A stretch of DNA of 64,000 nucleotides, taken from IMG/VR virus record IMGVR_UViG_3300028048_000076. One strand, written 5' to 3'. Below the pieces are notes generated by a model. It did not search any database, was not told the DNA's origin, and saw only the letters and a program-made list of their open reading frames with translations. Positions within the stretch are counted from its first letter, which is position 1; each line of letters opens with the position of its first letter. A program made the translations under genes and the position numbers. Of the stretch, positions 38,566 to 49,276 are shown piece by piece. This stretch comes from a virus (taxonomy: Duplodnaviria > Heunggongvirae > Uroviricota > Caudoviricetes).

Positions 38566-39124
38566 ATCATTTGAACCACAATTTGATGAAAATGGTACAA
38601 TAATTCCTAAACAGAAATTTTGTGCTAGTTGCAAAAAACGTATGACTTGTGACAAGTTATATGAGAAACAGAAAGAAAATCATTCTACTAATGAATATGC
38701 AGAAATTGCATTAGCTCTCTATTATACTTGTGATGAAGTAGAGCCTGTCTATATTGAATTTCCTATTTTGGTAAATGGAATTTCTAGCGATTTGGCATAT
38801 AATAGAGATGCGAATGAATTTCGTGTAGGTGATTGGTGCATTGTATCTGTTAATGCAGAAGGATATGATGAAGATTTTCATATTGGTATGTATTTGGGTA
38901 TGTTACCAATTTCTATACTCTCTATGTATGATAAAAAGACCACAAAAATCATTAACAAGTTTAATCCAAGCCCTGCAATTTATATACCACATTTTAAAAA
39001 AATCTTTTATGGTATGAATATGCGGTGGCAGTTTATTGATAAACCTGATGATATTGAAGGTCTATTTGCGAATGAACCACAAGAGTATTTAGATGTAGTA
39101 AAAAAATATTTACAAAAAAAATAA
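38543..39124 (+). CDS. hypothetical protein
   Basis: 193-aa ORF. Confidence 0.45.
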   Translation: METVAEIKSFEPQFDENGTIIPKQKFCASCKKRMTCDKLYEKQKENHSTNEYAEIALALYYTCDEVEPVYIEFPILVNGISSDLAYNRDANEFRVGDWCIVSVNAEGYDEDFHIGMYLGMLPISILSMYDKKTTKIINKFNPSPAIYIPHFKKIFYGMNMRWQFIDKPDDIEGLFANEPQEYLDVVKKYLQKK

Positions 39125-39132
39125 AAAAGTGG

Positions 39133-39161
39133 TTGACAAAATCGTAAACGTAGATTATAAT
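39133..39161 (+). promoter_or_regulatory. sigma70 consensus promoter
   Basis: TTGACA (39133..39138), 17-nt spacer, TATAAT (39156..39161). Followed by an AAGGAGG ribosome-binding site and ATG 39275. Confidence 0.65.
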
Positions 39162-39274
39162 AAGAGAGTAATAAACATTCAAAACCTTATTTGTGAGTTG
39201 CCAAACATATGCACGAAATGCTCTAGTAGCAAACAAGCAAATAGGTACAAATTAAATTAAGGAGGTACTTTTTT

Positions 39275-39925
39275 ATGAGTACAAAATTTGACATGTCTTG
39301 GGATGATATTAACACTGATAGCGGTAGCAAGGTTGATTACCTGAGTTTGAAGGATGGTGACAATCGTGTTCGTGTTGTTTCCAATCCATCTGAGCTTGTT
39401 GTTCATTGGGAACGCAATAACGAAGGTAAGGCAAAACGTGTGATTTGCACAGGCAATGCTGATTGCATTCTCTGCGAACATGGTTCTAAGACTCAGACAC
39501 GTTATCAGTTGCTCGTAATTGACAAGTCCAATTGGGATGCAAAGACCAAGGAGTATCATGGTGGCGTAAAGGTAAAGGTTCTTGAGGTCGGTAAATCTGT
39601 TATTAAGCAGATTAAGCTTCTTGCACAGGACGTTGAATACGGCAATCCTTCTCACTATGACATTCGTATTACAAAGACAGGTAGCGGTAAGGACACTTCC
39701 TACAATGTAACTCCGTCCCCCAACAAGATTCCTCTTACGGACGAAGAGAAGGAAGCAATTAAGAACGCTCCAAAAATTGCTGATGTAAACAAGATTGCAA
39801 GCCGTGAAGATATTATCGGCATGGGTCTTACTATCCTCAGTGATGTGGATGAAGAGTTTGAAGGTGCTTCTACGAATGGTGGAAGTGAAGATTCTGCCGA
39901 TGATGAAAATTGGGATAACTTCTAA
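39275..39925 (+). CDS. putative ssDNA-binding protein (gp32-like zinc motif)
   Basis: H-x13-C-x5-C-x2-C arrangement (HWERNNEGKAKRVICTGNADCILCEH). Acidic C-terminal tail (DDENWDNF). Higher GC. This is a low-confidence functional guess. Confidence 0.35.
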   Translation: MSTKFDMSWDDINTDSGSKVDYLSLKDGDNRVRVVSNPSELVVHWERNNEGKAKRVICTGNADCILCEHGSKTQTRYQLLVIDKSNWDAKTKEYHGGVKVKVLEVGKSVIKQIKLLAQDVEYGNPSHYDIRITKTGSGKDTSYNVTPSPNKIPLTDEEKEAIKNAPKIADVNKIASREDIIGMGLTILSDVDEEFEGASTNGGSEDSADDENWDNF

Positions 39926-39997
39926 GATTCATTAGGCAAAAGGAAAACAGGGAATATTGTATTCCCTGTTTTTTTGTGAAAAGAAGAGGAATATATA

Positions 39998-40699
39998 ATG
40001 AAAGTTACATTAATTAATCATACACCTATGCCTGAAAAAATGATTGTTGGTGCGGCAAGAGTTTGCTATTCAGGAGCAAAAGACCTTGATACTTTGCTTG
40101 ATTCCATTACTGAAGAGAAAATTGTAGAATTTCTTGGGAAGAGTGCATTGGCTAATCATGGAAGTGTTTGGGAACATGCAACATTTACATTTGGTCTTGA
40201 AGGTGTATCTCGTGCGCTTACGCATCAGCTTGTAAGACATAGAATTGCTTCTTATGACCAACAATCTCAGCGTTATGTTTCAGCGAAACAGTTTGAGTAT
40301 GTAGTGCCACCTAAGATTGCTAAAAATCCTGAAGCAAAGGAATTATTTGATAAAACAATGGGTGATTTGCAGAATACATATGACCGTCTTGTTGAACTCG
40401 GAATTCCAAAAGAGGATTCTCGATATGTTTTACCAAATGCATGTGCTTCTCGTTTGATTTGCACTATGAATGTTCGTTCTCTTATGCATTTCTTTGGATT
40501 GCGTTGTTGTACTCGTGCGCAATGGGAGATTAGAGATATGGCAAATCAGATGTTGAAAATTTGTCAGGAAATTGCTCCAAAAGTATTTGTCGCAGGTGCT
40601 AATTGCGAACAGCTTGGATATTGCCCTGAGGGTGATATGTGTTGTGGCAGAGCACCGACTATGGCTAAACTTTTGGAAACATACAAAGGAAGTAAATAA
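39998..40699 (+). CDS. thyX: FAD-dependent thymidylate synthase ThyX
   Basis: ThyX signature RHRIASYDQQSQRY (RHRxxxxxxxS.RY) is present. Length 233 aa. Confidence 0.9.
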   Translation: MKVTLINHTPMPEKMIVGAARVCYSGAKDLDTLLDSITEEKIVEFLGKSALANHGSVWEHATFTFGLEGVSRALTHQLVRHRIASYDQQSQRYVSAKQFEYVVPPKIAKNPEAKELFDKTMGDLQNTYDRLVELGIPKEDSRYVLPNACASRLICTMNVRSLMHFFGLRCCTRAQWEIRDMANQMLKICQEIAPKVFVAGANCEQLGYCPEGDMCCGRAPTMAKLLETYKGSK

Positions 40700-40858
40700 A
40701 TGTTTGAATTTGCAATGGAACATTGGTTCATCACGTTATTGATTTGTATGTTTATTTGTGATGTGATAAGGTCATTTTTCAAATATCTTGCAATCATGGT
40801 TCGTGGTTGGCCTAAAAATTACAATTCTCAAGAAAACAATAAATCGGAGGAATAAGCA

Positions 40859-41257
40859 ATGATTGAGTTTGAAGTACATAATAAAGACGGTAAGCAGATT
40901 ACAGTAGCAAAATTTGTGAATGAGAATCACAGTTCTGTATATAATATTTGGGAAGAGTCTCTTCTGCGCCACATTGATAAAATTACTGCTGATATGAAAT
41001 TCCTTGAGGTATATTATCCAAAGCAGCTACGTATTGTTAAGGATGCCCTGTCAGGTCGTAAACTTGTTGGAACAGCCAAAGTATCAGATGGCGATACTTA
41101 TGATGAAAAGACAGGTCGTGAAATTGCTCGAAAAGACCTTATTGAACGTTATAAAAGAGCAGAATCGTATGTAGAGCGTCAGGTTCTTGAAAAGGCATAT
41201 CATGATATTGCCACAATCAAAACTTATCTTGAAAAGAAGTATAAGATTGAAAAATAA
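40859..41257 (+). CDS. hypothetical protein
   Basis: 132-aa ORF. A terminator hairpin follows at 41264..41300. Confidence 0.45.
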   Translation: MIEFEVHNKDGKQITVAKFVNENHSSVYNIWEESLLRHIDKITADMKFLEVYYPKQLRIVKDALSGRKLVGTAKVSDGDTYDEKTGREIARKDLIERYKRAESYVERQVLEKAYHDIATIKTYLEKKYKIEK

Positions 41258-41340
41258 TTAAAAAGTAGCCACAAGAAATTATGTTTCTTGTGGCTATTAT
41301 TATTACTATTGTAGAATAGAAAACAAAGGAAGGAAAAGAT

Positions 41341-44300
41341 ATGGCTAATATTTCAAGATATGTTTTTTCTTCACTAATTACTTCTAATGGTACAGAACCA
41401 TATATTTACAAGAATAAAAACAATGTGATTTTTTCTGCATTTGCTATGTCAGATGGAGAAAACCAATGGTTAGATTTGTTTTATTCTGAAGATGATGGTG
41501 ATAATTGGACTTTAGATAAAAATCTCCCAATTAGTGAAGATGTTGTTTTAAGAAATCCACGAATTGTTCAGTGTGGAGATATTTTATATGTAATTGCTAG
41601 TGGAATTGACCCTAAAACAACTAGAGAATCAACATATATTATTCGAAAATATTTTAATGTAATAGATGATGATGGCTCAGTTCTTGAACCTTTTTGGGAC
41701 ACAGAATGGACACAAATTATTTATGATAATCGCTATCATTGTCGATTAACAGATGTTGCAGTTGATTCAAATGGTTTTTATATGTTCTTGGCGTATGATA
41801 AAATGACCACTTATGGAACATATGAAGAAAGATTGTGTGTATTCTCATTAGGTGATTTTGAAGTAAAAATTGATACTTCTGCAAGTGGACAAGGTACACA
41901 AAATCATCATGGCGGTAAATTAGCGTTAATTAATGATACTACAATTGCTTTGACTTGGCAAAGGCAAAATGCAAGTGTATATAATTCAAAAAATTATCAA
42001 ATCTTGTATCAAGAATATGATTTATTGATGCAAGAATGGGGTGGAATTTTACTTGTTAGTAATGATGACAAATTTAACAACTTCCATCCTAGCATTACCG
42101 TAGATTCTGCTCAAAATGTTTATGTTTCTTGGTTACATACTGAGAATACAAACGTTGATGGTTCTGTAAAATACTATGAAGAAAGTAGTATTTTCTTGGC
42201 AACTATTCAGCAGGGAGAATGTGCAGGGCTTGAAATTATTTCCCAAGATGTTGGGAAAAATGAATATCCATACTTAGTTTGTGATGAATATGATAATCTT
42301 TACGTTATGTTTAATGGTAAAGATTATGTAAATTACCTTACAAGAAAAGTAGGAATGGCAAATTGGACTATTGTAACAAATATTCAAGAAACAAATTGGA
42401 AAATTCTTGTCGGTTTTTGCTATGATGGCAATTTGTATACAGTCTCTCAAAAAGATGATTTGTGCTATATGCTCAGAATTGATACACTTTTGGCTGAAGA
42501 TTTTTCCGCAGTAAAAGATTTTCAGGTTGTTGATGTAGATTCTGATGTTATTAAATTCGCTTGGACTTCTCCACGAAATGCCGAAGATGTTAAATTACAA
42601 GGTATGAATGGTGATTTAAATTCTTGGACATGGGAAAAACCAAAAACCACTGAGGTAATCAACGTATCAACTGATACAGTATATTGTGTTGGACTAGAAG
42701 CAGATACAATATATGCGTTTAAATTAGTATATAAAACAACAGATAAAAAAACGCATACACTTTTTTATCCTCGTAGATATATTTCTCAGCATGACCATGA
42801 TGAAAATTATAAGTTTTCATGGACAATTCCACAAAATATTGTAGAACAGACTTTGTTCGTTGCAAAAGAAGCATGGTCTGATATAATGGATGTGCCAAAT
42901 ACCGCTGACACATTATCATATCAGTATGGTGAAGAAGCAACTGTATTTCGTTTGAGCGTAACAGGTGGTATGGCAGATGGATATTCAAACGAAGTATCTC
43001 CACTTTTAATTGAATTAGATGATTCTAACAACTATAAATTAAGTTGGAGTGCATTTAAATTCGCTGATTATGTTGAAGTACAACAGAGTATTGACCGTAT
43101 ACATTATTATCCTGCAAAGAATGTTAATATTAATCCTCAATCTGAAATTTATATCGTAAACAAATTAAATGATGTAACGTACAGTTATCGTTTGCTTTAT
43201 GGTAATAAGAATATTGGTTATCATTATACAAATGTTGTGTCTTTGGTAAATAATTTAAAACCATTAGATATTACCTATAATTCTGTTACAGTTCAATGGA
43301 ATGATGTTGTTGAAAACGAGAAAATTCAATTCCAATATTCCATAGATGAAGGTAATAATTGGACAACTAGAAGTTACCCAATAACATCTTCAACTTCAAC
43401 AATTAAAGGGTTGGAATGCAATAAAGATTATTGGGTGAGAATGTATTTCCCTAACCGTTTTACAGGCAAATATTCAAATGTTGTTAAATTTAAAACAAAA
43501 AAACATCCTGTGGAAAATTTTGAAATTGAAAATGTACAAAATGAAATCGTTGATTTTAGTTTTGTTACAACAAATCAATGCTCACAATATGATATTCTTG
43601 TTGAAGATGCAATTTCAGGAAACAAACAAACTTTTAGTGAAGATTTGGGAACTGTTGCTTCAACAAAAACTGCATATACAGCTATAACAGATAAGTATTC
43701 TGCGACTATATGGGATTTGAAAAAAGGAACACCTTATTTAATCCAGGTGGTTTGTCGAAATTGTGATTGGGAATATTCAAATGTATTATCCATTCAGACT
43801 TACGGAGATGCCCCACAAGGGCTTAAATGTACAACTACAGGTAAACATACCGCTACCCTAAAATGGGATGCCTTAGACCGCATTACAAACGATAATATTG
43901 AAGGTCGTGTAACAGTTGAATATAGCTTAGATGAAAATGTTTGGGAAAAAGTACAAGTCAAAACAATTTCACAGCCATATACACTTGAAGGATTAATGCA
44001 AGATACCACCTATTATGTTCGTTTAAAATGTACATATGGAGACAATAAAGGAACTTCCAAGGTTATTACATTAAAAACAAAAGCAGACGCATTTGCTCCT
44101 GTATATGGTCATAGAAATCACGATGAAACGTGTTTTTGTGTAAAAGGCGATATTGCTTATATCTTTGATTTGGGAAAATTATATAAGTATGACTTGATAA
44201 CAAAATCACAAGAATTAATTCATGATTTTGGTATATCGGCAAATCATATTTATGGTGATATTGAAATGGATAAAAATGATTGCATTCATTTGGTATTCAC

Positions 44301-45474
44301 TTATGGTAAAGGTGTTTATTATGCCACAAATTGCAAAACAAAATCAGGCAATAAATTAATTACAAATGTAACAACAGTTGAAAAAAATAATATTGTTAAC
44401 GAATATTTATATCCAAATATAGCTATTGATGATGAAACTAATGTTGTATATATTGTTTGGCAGGAAAACTACGGATATTATTCCAATGTATCATTAATGC
44501 AGTACAAAAATGGTGAACCGTTACTTGATGAAAGTATGACTATTTTTAATACAGGTTTACATAATAATTTGCCTATAATTCGATTGGATGGGCAAGGTGG
44601 ATTTATTGTCTCTGCATTGGATGAAGCGTATCGACTTCAAATGATGATTGTAACAAGAGATAATGATTATACGTCTGCCACATATCAGGATTATGATTTT
44701 GATATGCAAACAATAGAATTAAACAATCCGTATGATTTAGAACTTACCAATTATGATATATGGATTGATAATATGGGTATTGTTCGTATCTTCCATGATT
44801 CAAAGGATGCTGATGGAAATAAAACATCAACCTATTTAACATATCAAGACGGTGAATTTGAAGAACAATGTATTTTTAATAACAATATGTCAGATGTAAG
44901 TGTATTTGCTATAAACGATTTTGTTGTTGTCGCAAGGAATGATGAACAAATTTACACCTCCTCTTATTTGCAAGATAGAGAGACTTTTAGCGACATTAAA
45001 ACAGAAGATTTAACCATCAACTCAGAAATTCCATTAATTGCATATAGTACAGTTGATAAAATTTACTTGCTTAGTTTTAAACAAGGTATGTTTGAAATCA
45101 ATTCATTGAACGCTGATGAAATTGTTCAAGATAACCAATATGTATCTGATGTTTGGATTGATAATAAGTTTGAATTATCTAATGAAGATTTGGAAGTAAA
45201 TGTTGAAATTTGGACGAACGGTAATCCAAAAGAATATCCGCAGCTATTCATGAAAGTAAATCATCGTATTATAGAAATTACACCGACAGATGAATTTGGT
45301 GATAGAAAATTCGAAACAATTATGGTAAGTAATTTTGAAGAAGTTACAACGACCACAGATTTGATGAAAGTAAAAATCACTTTTAATGGTGGAGTAATTG
45401 AGAAAGAGTTAACAAAGCAGTTATGTTATTCTTGGGATAAAAACAAAACCATTGTTAACAAAGACGAAAATTAG
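41341..45474 (+). CDS. giant virion-associated protein with BNR/Asp-box and FN3-like repeats
   Basis: 1377 aa. Asp-box motifs YSEDDGDNWT, SIDEGNNWTT and SLDENVWEK. Repeated approximately 90-aa beta-rich modules. Confidence 0.55.
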   Translation: MANISRYVFSSLITSNGTEPYIYKNKNNVIFSAFAMSDGENQWLDLFYSEDDGDNWTLDKNLPISEDVVLRNPRIVQCGDILYVIASGIDPKTTRESTYIIRKYFNVIDDDGSVLEPFWDTEWTQIIYDNRYHCRLTDVAVDSNGFYMFLAYDKMTTYGTYEERLCVFSLGDFEVKIDTSASGQGTQNHHGGKLALINDTTIALTWQRQNASVYNSKNYQILYQEYDLLMQEWGGILLVSNDDKFNNFHPSITVDSAQNVYVSWLHTENTNVDGSVKYYEESSIFLATIQQGECAGLEIISQDVGKNEYPYLVCDEYDNLYVMFNGKDYVNYLTRKVGMANWTIVTNIQETNWKILVGFCYDGNLYTVSQKDDLCYMLRIDTLLAEDFSAVKDFQVVDVDSDVIKFAWTSPRNAEDVKLQGMNGDLNSWTWEKPKTTEVINVSTDTVYCVGLEADTIYAFKLVYKTTDKKTHTLFYPRRYISQHDHDENYKFSWTIPQNIVEQTLFVAKEAWSDIMDVPNTADTLSYQYGEEATVFRLSVTGGMADGYSNEVSPLLIELDDSNNYKLSWSAFKFADYVEVQQSIDRIHYYPAKNVNINPQSEIYIVNKLNDVTYSYRLLYGNKNIGYHYTNVVSLVNNLKPLDITYNSVTVQWNDVVENEKIQFQYSIDEGNNWTTRSYPITSSTSTIKGLECNKDYWVRMYFPNRFTGKYSNVVKFKTKKHPVENFEIENVQNEIVDFSFVTTNQCSQYDILVEDAISGNKQTFSEDLGTVASTKTAYTAITDKYSATIWDLKKGTPYLIQVVCRNCDWEYSNVLSIQTYGDAPQGLKCTTTGKHTATLKWDALDRITNDNIEGRVTVEYSLDENVWEKVQVKTISQPYTLEGLMQDTTYYVRLKCTYGDNKGTSKVITLKTKADAFAPVYGHRNHDETCFCVKGDIAYIFDLGKLYKYDLITKSQELIHDFGISANHIYGDIEMDKNDCIHLVFTYGKGVYYATNCKTKSGNKLITNVTTVEKNNIVNEYLYPNIAIDDETNVVYIVWQENYGYYSNVSLMQYKNGEPLLDESMTIFNTGLHNNLPIIRLDGQGGFIVSALDEAYRLQMMIVTRDNDYTSATYQDYDFDMQTIELNNPYDLELTNYDIWIDNMGIVRIFHDSKDADGNKTSTYLTYQDGEFEEQCIFNNNMSDVSVFAINDFVVVARNDEQIYTSSYLQDRETFSDIKTEDLTINSEIPLIAYSTVDKIYLLSFKQGMFEINSLNADEIVQDNQYVSDVWIDNKFELSNEDLEVNVEIWTNGNPKEYPQLFMKVNHRIIEITPTDEFGDRKFETIMVSNFEEVTTTTDLMKVKITFNGGVIEKELTKQLCYSWDKNKTIVNKDEN

Positions 45475-45494
45475 TCCTATAATATGTGTAAGAG

Positions 45495-45758
45495 GTGAAT
45501 AATGTGGGAGATTTAGAAATAAAACTTCAAGAAATTCTTGATAAACTAAATGAAACTTTTGATGTTAGCATTGAAGACCAAGGTGAAGATGAAATCGTAA
45601 CGAAAGTGGTTTTGTCCAACCTTAAAAATGATGGTTCTGAGTTCTTAGAGAAATTCATTGGTTTATTCTCACCGTTGGTTGAACAATTAACTGATGGTCA
45701 AAAAGAAGTCGTTTATGAAGAAGGTACAGGATTAACAATTCGCCGTATTGATGACTAA
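45495..45758 (+). CDS. hypothetical small acidic protein
   Basis: 87 aa with GTG start. Confidence 0.4.
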   Translation: MNNVGDLEIKLQEILDKLNETFDVSIEDQGEDEIVTKVVLSNLKNDGSEFLEKFIGLFSPLVEQLTDGQKEVVYEEGTGLTIRRIDD

Positions 45759-45790
45759 AAAAAAGCCTACTCAATTGAGTAGGCTTTTTT
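45759..45790. terminator. bidirectional terminator
   Basis: Inverted repeat aaaaagcctactcaa/ttgagtaggcttttt between convergent genes. Confidence 0.7.
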
Positions 45791-46228
45791 TTAATCTAAC
45801 AAACCTTCATACAAAAATAAAGGAGAAGTACCACCGTCTAAATCATCAAAGTACCCATCATATTTGTAGATAACTTTGCCATTTTTGTCATAACATTCAA
45901 AGTCGGTTTCGATATATAATCCTTTAACATTTTCAGGCTGATACCAATTACCTCGGAAACGGACAACTGTATACTTGATGTAATCAACCTTTGCTTTTAC
46001 TTTGTCGTTAAATTTCAGTTTGCGTTGCATTTTATCTAAATATCTAGGGTCACATTCAACGAGATAAAAATCAATTGAATTACATTCTTGCGTGAATTCT
46101 GCTGAATCCTTATCGTACATAAATGTTCTCCAATCATCTTCAGCTACGACCACCATATTCGTAGCTTCTGTCTTGATGGGGATGCACATTAACATGAGAA
46201 TAGTTAGAAAAGTTAGGAATTTTTTCAT
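45791..46228 (-). CDS. secreted hypothetical protein
   Basis: Start trimmed to MKKFLTFLTILMLMCIPIKTEA, a signal peptide. Confidence 0.5.
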   Translation of the reverse strand: MKKFLTFLTILMLMCIPIKTEATNMVVVAEDDWRTFMYDKDSAEFTQECNSIDFYLVECDPRYLDKMQRKLKFNDKVKAKVDYIKYTVVRFRGNWYQPENVKGLYIETDFECYDKNGKVIYKYDGYFDDLDGGTSPLFLYEGLLD

Positions 46229-46283
46229 TTTAAACCCTTCTTTCAAAATCCCCCTATCTTTTGATAGGGGGATTTTTATTATT

Positions 46284-47117
46284 TTAGAATACAAATACTA
46301 CATTGGTGTTTTCAAGGAAATGAGTTACTTCATTTTCTGCAAGCAATTTTGCAGCATCAGCATTAGAAATCATAGGGCTACAATTCCCTTTTACTCCAAT
46401 TGCTTTGATTGTCAATGGATTACTACCTGCACGAGAACAATTAACAAGTGTTTTGGAATAACCAACCATACCATTAGCTACAACGTAATCGTAATCAAGA
46501 TTCTTATAACCATAGATAGGTTCATTTGTTTCATCCACAACAGTTGGAGACATGGCTTTGCTAATATTCAATCCGCGGCAATCAATGATGACACCTGTAT
46601 AGTTGCCATTTGTAGCGAGATTAATATTACCATGCTTAGAAAGGGTACGAGTCTGTGCATAGTTCTCACCTGACATGATGGGCTGTTTTTCTGCTTTTGG
46701 CATAGTCGCAGAAGCAACAGAATTTGTCGCACCGTAGATGGGCATCCGTAGAGTTACTGTATAAATGCATTCGTCAGGATTCCATTCCTCTTTGACGATT
46801 TTTGCTCCACGTACAGCACCACTCAGACGAGACTGAGCCATACTACTTGCGAAACCTTCATCTTCATTTGCCTGACTTGCTTCTACTGCAATTGATTTGG
46901 CTTCTGCAAGCAAAGCAACGTAACCGTTGAGAATCGCAGCTTTACGAGCGTGAACCTTTTTCTGTCCAATCTGCGTATCAGACTTTTTCGGCAATCCCAT
47001 TTCTGTAACTTCAATATAGTTGTTGTCGAAGTTTACATCCGTGTTTACCACTTCAGCAAATGCTGTTGTAGCAAACATCATACAAAACATTGTTACTAGC
47101 AGAATTAATCGTTTCAT
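46284..47117 (-). CDS. secreted hypothetical protein
   Basis: Start at MKRLILLVTMFCMMFATTAFA, a signal peptide. 277 aa. Confidence 0.5.
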   Translation of the reverse strand: MKRLILLVTMFCMMFATTAFAEVVNTDVNFDNNYIEVTEMGLPKKSDTQIGQKKVHARKAAILNGYVALLAEAKSIAVEASQANEDEGFASSMAQSRLSGAVRGAKIVKEEWNPDECIYTVTLRMPIYGATNSVASATMPKAEKQPIMSGENYAQTRTLSKHGNINLATNGNYTGVIIDCRGLNISKAMSPTVVDETNEPIYGYKNLDYDYVVANGMVGYSKTLVNCSRAGSNPLTIKAIGVKGNCSPMISNADAAKLLAENEVTHFLENTNVVFVF

Positions 47118-47137
47118 TTTGAATTCCTCCATTTTTC

Positions 47138-47788
47138 TTAAAACATTTCTTTATCATTATTTGAAGTGAAAATTTTCAGCCCTTCTTCTGTATTTTCACA
47201 TGCCAACCAATCTTTCCCAAAAAATTCTTTCTTCTTATAGTGCATATAAAGTGCTTCCGCATAAGACCTATCGCGCAATTCGCGTTCAGTCAATTGGGAT
47301 TTTGGCACATCTGTGTAAGTATACCATTTAATGTCCCACTCTATATGCGTTCCTTTGCTTTTATTGTATTTATTAGGTCTGTCAACAATAACGGCATATC
47401 CAAATTTTCTTTTGGTTATGTCTTCATTTTCAATATAAAAAATATCTCTCATAGAACCTGTATTGCTTTTGGTAATACAACCATTTTTGTATTCTTGCAT
47501 ATAGCCACCTTCAGCGGCAATCATTAAATCTGCACCAAATTTTCGTTTTTCGGTATAACTACGTAAATCAGTTGGTTCCCAGGTTTTGCGAACCTCAATT
47601 CCGTATGGGGCGTGAAAACAATCAGGGTCATTTAAATACTTAGGGTCAGCATTTTTATCATGTTCTTCATAAGCCTGCAAATACTCTTTAGGTATAGGCC
47701 AATAATTAATACTTCTCGTTCCAAACATATTTGCAAAGCATGTAGAAGTATATAAACACAACATGCCTACTAAAAGCAAAATTCTCAT
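47138..47788 (-). CDS. secreted hypothetical protein
   Basis: Signal peptide MRILLLVGMLCLYTSTCFA. 216 aa. Confidence 0.5.
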   Translation of the reverse strand: MRILLLVGMLCLYTSTCFANMFGTRSINYWPIPKEYLQAYEEHDKNADPKYLNDPDCFHAPYGIEVRKTWEPTDLRSYTEKRKFGADLMIAAEGGYMQEYKNGCITKSNTGSMRDIFYIENEDITKRKFGYAVIVDRPNKYNKSKGTHIEWDIKWYTYTDVPKSQLTERELRDRSYAEALYMHYKKKEFFGKDWLACENTEEGLKIFTSNNDKEMF

Positions 47789-49092
47789 AATTTTTCTTCT
47801 CCTGTAACAAATTTAATACAATTTGGATATTGTTTAACATACTGATTATTTAACAACTGAAGAATATCTTTTGAAATTACTTGATATTCATATTCCTCAG
47901 GGTATTGTTTTGTGATAGCGTATGCAATGCGATAATGTTTTAAAGCTCCATCAACAGATTTATCACACAATCCTTGAAATAGATGTACTAAGGATTGATT
48001 GTAAAATGAATCGAATTGTTGTAATCGGATTCTTTTTCTTATATTTTCATCATTTAAATTGTAATGTAATTTTGTGAAATAAAATATAAATGATTTATCG
48101 TTGATAGTGCCATCTGTCTTTTTCTGAGAAAGCCAACTCGTAATGGATTGGATATTTAAATCTCGTTCCTTGTTGCCTGTATAAAAAGGTGTTGCAGTAG
48201 CTAATTTAATTGCTTCCTCATAATTACCTCCAACAATATAGGAACGACAAGCGTTAAAATAAATCTCTTCGATTGTTACCAAAGGAAATTTTGATTTATC
48301 TTTTCCAACAAATTGTTGTAAAGCTCTTAATGAATATTCTTGTGCTGAAACTGCATTGTCCAAAGATATATTGCTTAACTGTTGAGCGTGGAGTGCATAT
48401 ACAGAATATGGGTCTACCTTTAGAACTCTATCTGCAATAGCCATAGCTTCATAGAAGTTGCCAATTTTAGCATTGGCTAGTGCAAGGTATGCCATTGCTG
48501 TGGTATGCATTCTCGTGTCACCTGCGTACAAAGAAGCATTTTCTGCTTGTTGTGCGAATTGAATGCAGTGACTATAACGCTTTTGTAAAAAAGCTTGCTT
48601 GGCTTGTTTCATCAAATTGATGTAATCTTTATCTTGAATTGACGTAGGATTGACAGATTGAGCTTTGTAGGCATCTTTCTCCCTTTCATTCTGATTCGCC
48701 ATTTCATGATACAATTCCTTCTGCGCTGTAACTTTTGCTTTGTCTAAGGCTTGCTTTAATTTCTCTTCATCTACTTCAGCCTTGATGTGGCAAGCAACAG
48801 CGTTATCCTTGTAGATGTAATTTTTTTCAAGAATTTTCTGAACTGTAGCTGTTACTTTTACAGCTATACTACTATGATAAGCGTCATCTTCATTCTTTTG
48901 AATGAATTCGGTTGCAATGTCGAAATGTTCTGCAATCTTTTCTAACACGTTTTCATATGCTCTTTTCTCAGCAGTAGCATAGTCATTCTGAATTTCAACG
49001 AAATCGGAAGTTTCATCAACGACAAACGTCTTGGCATAGCTATGTGGTGAAAAGCATACTAATGCAACGATAAAAATAATGAATTCCCTCAT
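47785..49092 (-). CDS. secreted TPR-repeat protein
   Basis: Start at MREFIIFIVALVCFSPHSYA with AAGGGAAGG ribosome-binding site. TPR-like helical repeats are present (AMAYLALANAKIGNFYEAMAIADRVLKVDP). Confidence 0.5.
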   Translation of the reverse strand: MREFIIFIVALVCFSPHSYAKTFVVDETSDFVEIQNDYATAEKRAYENVLEKIAEHFDIATEFIQKNEDDAYHSSIAVKVTATVQKILEKNYIYKDNAVACHIKAEVDEEKLKQALDKAKVTAQKELYHEMANQNEREKDAYKAQSVNPTSIQDKDYINLMKQAKQAFLQKRYSHCIQFAQQAENASLYAGDTRMHTTAMAYLALANAKIGNFYEAMAIADRVLKVDPYSVYALHAQQLSNISLDNAVSAQEYSLRALQQFVGKDKSKFPLVTIEEIYFNACRSYIVGGNYEEAIKLATATPFYTGNKERDLNIQSITSWLSQKKTDGTINDKSFIFYFTKLHYNLNDENIRKRIRLQQFDSFYNQSLVHLFQGLCDKSVDGALKHYRIAYAITKQYPEEYEYQVISKDILQLLNNQYVKQYPNCIKFVTGEEKL

Positions 49093-49169
49093 ATACATAC
49101 CTTCCCTTTTATTCCTTAAAAATATGAACAAAAATCAATTTAATTTTTATTCAATCATCTTTTGATTCA

Positions 49170-49198
49170 ATTATAGCATTGTATTCTAAAATTGTCAA
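49170..49198 (-). promoter_or_regulatory. sigma70 consensus promoter (minus strand) for the secreted-protein operon
   Basis: On the minus strand: TTGACA (reverse complement of 49193..49198), 17-nt spacer, TATAAT (reverse complement of 49170..49175). Confidence 0.6.
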
Positions 49199-49276
49199 CT
49201 ATTTTTTTTAAAAAGACCCACCCCCCTCTAAATTTGTGACAACTTTTTTCTAAAATTTTGATGCCGTAAAAATAGA

